From Candidatus Poribacteria bacterium (GTDB lineage: Bacteria > Poribacteria > WGA-4E > PCPOR2b): a DNA stretch of 64,000 nt. The first letter of the stretch is position 1. Each line of letters opens with the position of its first letter. The notes beneath the pieces are model-generated. The model made no database searches, was not told the origin of the DNA, and saw only the letters and a program-made list of their open reading frames with translations. The stretch spans positions 1,600,001-1,664,000 of the forward strand of contig OZ244042.1 in assembly GCA_965215015.1 (NCBI GenBank), written 5' to 3'. This document shows positions 57,014-64,000 of this stretch, piece after piece. A program made the translations under genes and the position numbers.

Positions 57014-58036
57014 ATGTCAACGCTCGGATTGGGTATCATCGGGTTAGGAGTCGGCAAGGGTGCCCTACTTTTGAATCAGAAATCTGATAGCCCAATAAAG
57101 GTGTGCGCGCTAGCGGACAAAAATCCAGCACTTCTAAAACTTGCACATGAGGATTATGGGATCGGATTTGTCACCGAGGACTATCACGAGCTGCTGTCGC
57201 GGTCTGAGGTCGATGTTGTCGGCGTTTTCACCCCCGACCACTTGCACGCCGAACACGCGGCAGCGGCACTGAAGGCCGGGAAACATGTCATATGCACCAA
57301 ACCGATGGTGACTACCATGGCGGATTGTGAGCGATTGGTCCATCTGGTGGATCGAACAGGGCTTAAATTCGTTGCGGCGATGACTTGGCGCCACCTCCCG
57401 AAGATTGTGGCGGCACGTCGCGCCTTTGATGAAGGCAATCTAGGCAAGGTAACGCTAATCGATACCGGTTATGTCCATGATATCCGCAGAGTCTGTCGAA
57501 TCACGCCGTGGCGGGTGACGGCACCGCAGGATTTTCTCTTTGGCGGAGGTGCTCACGCCATAGACTGCGTGCGGTGGTTTGCTGGAGATATTGACACTGT
57601 CCATGCGTTCGCCTTGAACAGTGGTGTTATCCCAGGCTATCCTATAGAAGATACGTGGATTCTCAATCTTAAGTTCGCCAGGGGTGCGCTTGGACGCGTC
57701 TGTGTGATATGCAGCGCGGTCAACTCACCGCCGGAGGCACATCAACGACTGGTGATCTACGGCACAAAAGGTACCTTAACCGGTTTAGATCTCGGTATAG
57801 ACGGAGTGTTTGAGCGTGAGACCTTGAATGCCGACCCACCAGCTAACAAGGAACGTCTCATCGAAGGGCATGCAAATGAACTGCTGCTGTACTTCCATAA
57901 GATGGCACACTGGATTGTAGAAGACAAAGAACCCACGCCTTCTGTCCGAGACGGGGCGCGGGTTGTCGCGGTTGCCTTGGCAGCCCAAGAATCCCTTTCG
58001 ACTGGGCAAACTGTGAAAGTACGCAACGATTTCTGA
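57014..58036 (+). CDS. Gfo/Idh/MocA oxidoreductase
   Basis: GIIGLG, TPDHLHAEH..AALKAGKHV.CTKP, H.ID. Confidence 0.9.
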   Translation: MSTLGLGIIGLGVGKGALLLNQKSDSPIKVCALADKNPALLKLAHEDYGIGFVTEDYHELLSRSEVDVVGVFTPDHLHAEHAAAALKAGKHVICTKPMVTTMADCERLVHLVDRTGLKFVAAMTWRHLPKIVAARRAFDEGNLGKVTLIDTGYVHDIRRVCRITPWRVTAPQDFLFGGGAHAIDCVRWFAGDIDTVHAFALNSGVIPGYPIEDTWILNLKFARGALGRVCVICSAVNSPPEAHQRLVIYGTKGTLTGLDLGIDGVFERETLNADPPANKERLIEGHANELLLYFHKMAHWIVEDKEPTPSVRDGARVVAVALAAQESLSTGQTVKVRNDF

Positions 58037-58109
58037 CAGCGGTCTACAACTATATCAGTGAGCCCCAATTGCCCCCTATTCACTCGTCATACATCACGTT
58101 TTAGGGTTC

Positions 58110-58631
58110 CTACCCATCATGCGAATTTTCACTAGCGGGGTCCGATCCAATCTGGCTCGGTGAAGCGGGCTCTGATTCCTGTTTGACGAGTGTCGCCCGA
58201 CCCGCAAGCACTAGCGCGCACCAGCCAACCAGTCCAACAGCGGCACCGGCAGCGATTGCAAGCCCCGCCGCTTTGCCTGTCTCAATTTTCTTGAAGGTTT
58301 CCTCATCAAACTCACAGGAGATGCTTCTCGGATTTCGCAATGCAAAACCGCGGTTGTCCCCCTTATGCCAGTATTCGACTGTTGGTGCGGTATCGCCTTC
58401 CGTTTTGATGTTACCTTTCAAGGATGGCGCGTTTACTTTTAAGGTGCTTTCGCCACGTTCACCCTCCCACACGGCTTTGACGCCTACCGTCCTTTCGTCG
58501 TCTTCAAGCGGTTCGAGGTTCACCCGTGTCACTAGATGGTCGGCGATTGCGAGAAAAGCTCTTTTGAATTTTGATGCTGATACCACCCAATTTTCTAAAA
58601 TCATGATATACCCTCCGATAGTGTTACTCAT
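58110..58631 (-). CDS. Hypothetical protein with a near-C-terminal TM helix
   Basis: 173-aa ORF; hydrophobic AAGLAIAAGAAVGLVGWCALVLAG; alternative start at 58604 with GGAGG RBS. Confidence 0.55.
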   Translation of the reverse strand: MSNTIGGYIMILENWVVSASKFKRAFLAIADHLVTRVNLEPLEDDERTVGVKAVWEGERGESTLKVNAPSLKGNIKTEGDTAPTVEYWHKGDNRGFALRNPRSISCEFDEETFKKIETGKAAGLAIAAGAAVGLVGWCALVLAGRATLVKQESEPASPSQIGSDPASENSHDG

Positions 58632-58684
58632 TGCCTTTCATTTGTTTTCCCAGCCATTGTGTAAGTCTTTAGCCTGTAGCAATC

Positions 58685-59092
58685 TTAACCGGCGATCAGT
58701 TCCTGCTTGTAGGCGTCCACGATGGCATCGAAAATTCGGTCGGGGATAAACTCTAGCTGCGAATCCAACTCCGATTCGACATTGACCATCATACTGTGAT
58801 CGAATGTTTCTCGCTCCGCACAGGGGTCAAAGGACTCGCCATGTGTCTCAAGCATTTCGGAAAGCCTCGCTGGTGTCAAGCCTTCGGAAAGCCCGTGAAG
58901 GCCGTAAGCCGTCCCCCAGTAGCCTTTGTCATAGTCTGTGCTGAGATGCTTTCGCAAGATCTCCTCGCGTGCTACCCCCTGTGCCCCACTGTTTTCGATC
59001 TCTCTCATCGCCTCAATGGCGCGCGGATCGAGCTCAATCTGGAACGCCGTTGAGGCATCATCAGCAGCAGCGGGGTAGATTTTGTATGGCAT
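58685..59092 (-). CDS. Hypothetical acidic protein
   Basis: 135-aa ORF with a purine-rich RBS; no family recognised. Confidence 0.55.
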   Translation of the reverse strand: MPYKIYPAAADDASTAFQIELDPRAIEAMREIENSGAQGVAREEILRKHLSTDYDKGYWGTAYGLHGLSEGLTPARLSEMLETHGESFDPCAERETFDHSMMVNVESELDSQLEFIPDRIFDAIVDAYKQELIAG

Positions 59093-59411
59093 TTGCTCTT
59101 CCCTTTCGTAATAGTTCTCAGTAGTCTTCGGTATAGCTTTTGCCTAGAATTTCAGTCTCTGACCGTGGCCATCAGCTCTAGCTGTTTCTTTCAGCGAGAA
59201 ATAAACCTGTCCCTGCCCTGGGACGCTAGATTACGAGATTGAAATACGATTGGTTGGGTTGATACGCCTTCACATCAAAAGAAAGAGGTGTCATCATCGT
59301 CGGCCTCTGCTTATCGAAAAAACGCATTCGGGCGCGTTGCTAAACAATCTTGTGGCTTTTGAACCCCCGTCAATCCTCCAAGGTGATGGGATTTTTTTTG
59401 TTCTTATCCTT

Positions 59412-59465
59412 ATTTTATTTCATGTGTGCTGTGTTTTCAAGTCTTTTTTCACTGAAAAAAGACTT
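59412..59465 (-). promoter_or_regulatory. Leftward promoter with an adjoining perfect palindrome (operator-like)
   Basis: TTGAAA-N17-TAAAAT (59440-59412); AAGTCTTTTTTCA-C-TGAAAAAAGACTT (59439-59465). Confidence 0.55.
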
Positions 59466-59639
59466 AACGCCGTTTCCAAAATGTGGGAGAATAATAGCTC
59501 TTTGGCAAATCGCCAAATGTAATAGCTGACAATAACCAATCCATCTACCTGAATCCAATACCGATCCGGATCTCGAACTGCTAACGGCTGATTAGGCGGA
59601 GTCCCAAGCCGGTATGACACTGAATTTAGAGGACCCCTC

Positions 59640-60075
59640 CTACGGTTGAGGACGAGGCCTCGGCACAACGGTTATCAGCCGCATGGAGAAAGGATGTACC
59701 CACCGAGAAGTTTATTGTGAAAGTCAGAATCTATGATTCCGGTGCTTATGGCAGCCTAACGGCCAATTAGTTAAGGGATGCTTGTAAAGGAGTAGGCATG
59801 ATCCGTCGTGCCGTAAACCCCACAACCGTTATGGCATATGCAGGGATTTGGAGCGTTCTATAGAAGAGCGTCCGGATCGGACGGAGAGTTATCTAAAGTT
59901 GGCGCGGGGTTACGAAGAGTCCGGCAAAGCTGAAAAAGCCGCTGAAGTTTATCGTTGGGCGAGGGAACGTTTCCTTGACGATGAAGATGTTCGGCAGGAA
60001 TCGGAGTCGTATCGGGAACGGCACGAGCGTTCGACAGAACGTGATGAATATGAAGCCGGAAAAGGAGATCGCTAA
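59640..60075 (+). pseudogene. Eroded XRE-HTH-like and TPR-like fragments
   Basis: GLGTTVISRMEKG resembles an XRE recognition helix; PDRTESYLKLARGYEESGKAEKAAEVY resembles a TPR. Confidence 0.4.
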
Positions 60076-60276
60076 AACGTACACAAAATATCAGAAATGC
60101 CCGATTCGCACCGATTATTGTCTATCACCCCGCCGCGTCCGTGCTCTCAGGGTTTGAGGCAATCTCACAATCTTTGGAGGGCCCTTTTCTTCGTAGAGAA
60201 TGGAGATCCCCATTCTCTACTCAAGGTCTTCTGCCTCAAGAGGGCCAATGTGAAGTGCCCCCATTTGTATAATAAC

Positions 60277-60471
60277 TCACTCCAAACGTTCAAATCTCCG
60301 AGCCTTTGCCCTTTTCCTTTTTGCTTCTTTTTGTTTTCGATTCCTTTTTTCGGAAGGTTTTTCATAAAAACGTCTGTTCCTGATTTCTCTGATAAAACCG
60401 TCCCTCTGGAGTTTTCGTTTCAGGTCCCTAAGTGCTTTTTCGACGTTATTATTGTAAACTTTTATCTCCAC
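60277..60471 (-). CDS. rpsU: 30S ribosomal protein S21
   Basis: GTG start after GAGGAGGG; [34 protein letters not shown]. Confidence 0.93.
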   Translation of the reverse strand: MEIKVYNNNVEKALRDLKRKLQRDGFIREIRNRRFYEKPSEKRNRKQKEAKRKRAKARRFERLE

Positions 60472-60559
60472 ATTTCCCTCCTCTTCTCGACTCTCAAAAT
60501 TGGTATGCAGTTCTTGACGAGATTGACAAAGATTGAAACCTAGTATCACGTCTTACACT

Positions 60560-61546
60560 TCACGATAACCGTTGACGCGCTAAAACGGATGCTCCAATAA
60601 CACCCGCGTTATCGCCAAGGGTTGCCTCCACAATCTGAACACCATTCATGGTTGTGGGCAGAGCATATTTCGCTGCCGCTTGACGAATCGGATGTAACAA
60701 GCTCTCTCCCATCGCTTCGATAACGCCTCCGCCGAGCACAATCATTTCAGGATTTAAAAAATGGACAATCGAAGCGACACTAATTCCTAGATATTTCCCA
60801 GCGCGTTGCATCACCTTAATCGTCGGTTTGTCACCGCGCTTGACAGCTTTAGCGATGGTTTGACTCCGAATCAGATCGAGCCTGCCCCCATTTAGCTTGG
60901 TGAGCTTGCTTTTTTGACCTTTTTTTAGGATGGCTTTCTGAAGTTCTCTAGTAATTGCGGTACGGCTAGCAACAGCTTCTAGGCATCCGAAGTTGCCACA
61001 ACTACACCGGGGGCCGTTCGCTTTCACAATCATGTGACCGACTTCCCCAGCGGTTTTGTTGACACCATGATAGAGCTTCCCATCTAAGATAATGCCACCA
61101 CCGATTCCCGTGCCAACGAAAATCCCGACGAGGTTTTTTACCCCTTGTCCGGCACCGAAGGCATATTCACCGAGTGTTCCTACATTGACATCGTTATCAA
61201 CGAAAGTAGGGATGCTAAGGTTTACTTCTAGTTTCGCCTTGAGCGGCACGTTTGACCAACCGAGGTTAGGAGCAAAGATAATAACGCCAGTCTCCGGATC
61301 GAGTGGACCCGGCGACCCGATACCGATTGCGCGGATCTGAGAAGGTTGAAGTCCTGCATGGTCAATTGCTTCTCGGATACATTGCGTAATCCGTTTAATC
61401 ACTGCATCAGGCCCTTTCTTTGGCTTTGTCGCTGTTTTGGCTTGCTGAACAATTTCCCCTTCGGCATTAATAACAGCAGCCAAAATCTTCGTACCTCCCA
61501 TATCTACCCCAACGACATGATCGTCATTCACCGCCATTGTCTGCAT
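60560..61546 (-). CDS. ROK family sugar kinase (glucokinase-like)
   Basis: GVDMGGTKI, GIGSPGP, DNDVN, GTGIGGG, AGEVGH, CSCGNFGCLE, LGDNAGVIGA. Confidence 0.92.
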   Translation of the reverse strand: MQTMAVNDDHVVGVDMGGTKILAAVINAEGEIVQQAKTATKPKKGPDAVIKRITQCIREAIDHAGLQPSQIRAIGIGSPGPLDPETGVIIFAPNLGWSNVPLKAKLEVNLSIPTFVDNDVNVGTLGEYAFGAGQGVKNLVGIFVGTGIGGGIILDGKLYHGVNKTAGEVGHMIVKANGPRCSCGNFGCLEAVASRTAITRELQKAILKKGQKSKLTKLNGGRLDLIRSQTIAKAVKRGDKPTIKVMQRAGKYLGISVASIVHFLNPEMIVLGGGVIEAMGESLLHPIRQAAAKYALPTTMNGVQIVEATLGDNAGVIGASVLARQRLS

Positions 61547-61622
61547 CTCCTTTATACACTGAACTGAGGGGTTGGCTTCTTAAATTCAACTACGGACCGA
61601 CGTAGGTGGCCACCTAGACTTC

Positions 61623-62123
61623 CTAGGAGGAGGCTGCCCCTGATTCATCTGTAACGATTCTAAGGAGTTCGTCCTTGAAATCTGCCTCCTCAAGCGCATC
61701 CCACCGCTCCAAAAACGCCTGATACTTTGCTGCCCGCATTTCACGGTAGCGGAGCAGGAGAGCATTAATGCCAATCGCATCGATCTCTGTATCCCCTTGG
61801 TCGGGAAGGGCTTGCAGATAATCCGTCAGAATCATCTTAACGACATCGCAATCGTGAATATCCCCCAGCTGTTCCTGCAAGTCTGTTAATATCTTCAGGA
61901 AATTCTTGAATTCCTCACCATAGTTGATGGTGAAGTCTTCCATTGAATAGCGCAGCCGCTTAACTGATATTCTCAGGTTATGGAGTTCTTTGATATTATC
62001 TGGGTTGTGAATGAATTCCGCCCACGAGCATACTTCCTCAACCTTTACGGCAAGAATAACCTGTGCATTCCAGCGATAGCTCGACTGTGGTTGAATCCCC
62101 TTCACTTTCCACGCTTTTGCCAT
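61623..62123 (-). CDS. CHAD domain protein (second-half type)
   Basis: LHNLRISVKRLRY, LQEQLGDIHDCDV. Confidence 0.85.
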   Translation of the reverse strand: MAKAWKVKGIQPQSSYRWNAQVILAVKVEEVCSWAEFIHNPDNIKELHNLRISVKRLRYSMEDFTINYGEEFKNFLKILTDLQEQLGDIHDCDVVKMILTDYLQALPDQGDTEIDAIGINALLLRYREMRAAKYQAFLERWDALEEADFKDELLRIVTDESGAASS

Positions 62124-62125
62124 AT

Positions 62126-62596
62126 CTATACCTTAAAGAATTTCAAGAACTTCTGCTCGAAATTACTCCTGTCCAGTTCTTCAAACATCCTAAACATCGG
62201 CCCCCGCCGTGCTTTCCGTTCTCGTTGGAGATGTCTTATCAAGTTTTGAATACCAGTCTGTGTGTCTTCTGGCACCGTTTGCGCGTCTTTTTGAAAGCAA
62301 TCAATTAACACATCTAAATCGCGCACGTCTCCCAGCGTACGTGTAATCCGCTCGACCCGTTTGAGGTGCCTGCGGAACTTCTTTTTTGGGGTAAAGCAAT
62401 CGGCAAAATTTCGCATCGCAGCGCGTAGCCGTCGGGAGGCGACCCGCATGTCATGAACGTACTCGATATCCCTCCCATCAATCGCTCCCGCTTTGAAAGA
62501 CATCATCTCATGGAGCCGGGTCGTGATAATCCTTCGAGCGCACTCCTCAAGGCTTTTCTCCGGCGTGATACCTTTGACGTTCCGTGCTTTTGCCAT
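62126..62596 (-). CDS. CHAD domain protein (first-half type)
   Basis: VHDMRVASRRLRA, LGDVRDLDV. Confidence 0.85.
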   Translation of the reverse strand: MAKARNVKGITPEKSLEECARRIITTRLHEMMSFKAGAIDGRDIEYVHDMRVASRRLRAAMRNFADCFTPKKKFRRHLKRVERITRTLGDVRDLDVLIDCFQKDAQTVPEDTQTGIQNLIRHLQRERKARRGPMFRMFEELDRSNFEQKFLKFFKV

Positions 62597-62617
62597 ATCG
62601 GCGATAATCTCCCTTTT

Positions 62618-63286
62618 CTAATTCTTCGCCTTGACACCGAACACATTCAGGAGTGTTACGCCTCTCTCATATTTCGATTGGAAGGTCGGGATCAGATCGT
62701 ATTGTTGAGATAACGTGTCAGCAATCTGTTGAAGGAACTCAGGTTCACCAGTTTTAAGTTCTAACTCGACACCATACTCCTGAACGGATTGTGTTCTATT
62801 CCTAGCCGCATACCGTACCTCATCAAGACAAACTTCAACATAGCCCGCATCAGAATTTAAGTGCCACGTTTCACGAAGGTTTTCAACGTACAGGACAGGA
62901 AATACCTTCTCTCCCTTTAGATAATTCACAGCCGCTTCGATAGCCTTAACCTGAACCTTCTCAAGATTTCCGCTTAAGAGTGCTTGCACCTGTTGGTCAG
63001 TAATCGGCATTTCGATCTCTGTATACGTATAAAGCTCTTCGGTTTGGGCTTTGAATGTAACAAATTGTGTTCCTTCCCCGATAACTCCGGAGGCGAAAAG
63101 CTTCTTCCTGATTCGCAAAGCAGCACCATTTTGTGTAAGCAGACCGGTCGCTGTATCAAGATAGGTATCTTGTTGTGGGGTGTTCCTCCGATCCGAAAGT
63201 GTATACCCCGCCACCTGTTTCCGTAATCGAACCTGATCGAGTACCTGTAGCGATGTTGCCTGAAATTTCGCTTCAACTTCAACCAT
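62618..63286 (-). CDS. CYTH domain (triphosphate tunnel metalloenzyme) protein
   Basis: EVEAKF, DTYLDT, ALRIR, TFK, VCLDEV, ELELK, SKYERG. Confidence 0.9.
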   Translation of the reverse strand: MVEVEAKFQATSLQVLDQVRLRKQVAGYTLSDRRNTPQQDTYLDTATGLLTQNGAALRIRKKLFASGVIGEGTQFVTFKAQTEELYTYTEIEMPITDQQVQALLSGNLEKVQVKAIEAAVNYLKGEKVFPVLYVENLRETWHLNSDAGYVEVCLDEVRYAARNRTQSVQEYGVELELKTGEPEFLQQIADTLSQQYDLIPTFQSKYERGVTLLNVFGVKAKN

Positions 63287-63353
63287 TATCTAGTTACACC
63301 AAAAATTATTGCGGATACTCTTCCAACGGCTAAATTTGAGACATATTAATGAA

Positions 63354-64000
63354 TCAACCGATCAATCTGTCTGTTGTGAAAAACGTCCGCTGCGGATAGA
63401 TATCTTGAAGAATCGAGATCGCTGAATCGGTATAGAGGGCATCGACACAACTGCCACGAATCCGAATCATGCCTTCGATGTTCCCGCGCATATACGGATC
63501 GGTACTCACCGCTTTGTTCCAAACACTTCCAAGTATCCCGCGTGGTTCGATTGCCTTCGGATCATGCCCGAAAGCACACCGCTCAATCTCAAACTGGTTG
63601 AATAGTAGTTCCACCTGTGATGCCTCCGCCCACCAGCGGCGTGAGCCAACGGGACTAGTCAGCGAGTGATTGGCTGCTAACAACGGATGATCAAATTTAC
63701 CTCCCTGCTGGAGGACCTCAAACTGATTATTCAGGTGGTCGACGCCACCATCAAACCCAATTGGCGGTCCGGCGTGGAAAAACCCCCATTCCTCTGCCCG
63801 ATAAGCAACCGGCAGCCGTTCAATCCATTCTAACGTTCCATCCGCCTCAATGATGCGGAGAAATAGAGACCACACCTCCCAAAGATCTGAGGTGAAGGTT
63901 AAAGACTCTCGACTTGTCGGAGCGGGGTGGTTAAGCTGCCACCGTTGTGTTGCTCGCTGAATCAGTAAATCTGAATCGAGATCGGATTTTGCGATTGCCT
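63354..64000 (-). CDS. Calcineurin-like metallophosphoesterase, 5'-truncated by the window edge
   Basis: Frame stays open to the window end; WIERLP...FFHAG and FGHDP motifs. Confidence 0.6.
   Translation of the reverse strand, partial: AIAKSDLDSDLLIQRATQRWQLNHPAPTSRESLTFTSDLWEVWSLFLRIIEADGTLEWIERLPVAYRAEEWGFFHAGPPIGFDGGVDHLNNQFEVLQQGGKFDHPLLAANHSLTSPVGSRRWWAEASQVELLFNQFEIERCAFGHDPKAIEPRGILGSVWNKAVSTDPYMRGNIEGMIRIRGSCVDALYTDSAISILQDIYPQRTFFTTDRLIG

Noticed and set aside
59100-59850. Structured ncRNA or riboswitch in the long intergenic region
   Set aside because: No recognisable Rfam-type motif by eye; better explained by a promoter/operator and eroded genes. An Infernal scan would settle it.
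60277-60549. 90-aa N-terminally extended S21
   Set aside because: The GTG at 60471 with a strong SD gives the canonical ~64-aa protein.

Overview
Bacterial chromosomal window with no rRNA, tRNA or cas genes. The gene repertoire suggests Candidatus Poribacteria or a similar lineage (inference only): secreted LamG-type proteins ending in 'VEPxxKLxxTWGxLK', several PhyH/2OG-Fe(II) oxygenases, FGE-sulfatase-domain, DegT, Gfo/Idh/MocA and CocE genes, and three paralogous ~640-aa polytopic membrane proteins. Intact genes are separated by many eroded gene fragments, IS200/IS605 (TnpB) remnants and MITE/REP-like repeats. Most notable: (1) an Rpn PD-(D/E)XK nuclease gene with a strong internal ribosome-binding site (gene-within-gene antitoxin arrangement), followed by a free-standing duplicate of its C-terminal module with a different repeat count and tail; (2) a tandem LamG array with a conserved scaffold, a variable Cys-containing loop and a shared C-terminal motif; (3) a perfect 30-bp direct repeat with a 36-bp spacer near a TnpB remnant; (4) an orphan DUF1156-type methyltransferase inserted among transporter paralogs; (5) an HTH plus ADP-ribosyltransferase-like ORF; (6) a polyphosphate-type cluster (metallophosphoesterase, CYTH, two half-CHAD genes, ROK kinase) ahead of rpsU. 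All family calls come from motif recognition by eye; no searches were run.
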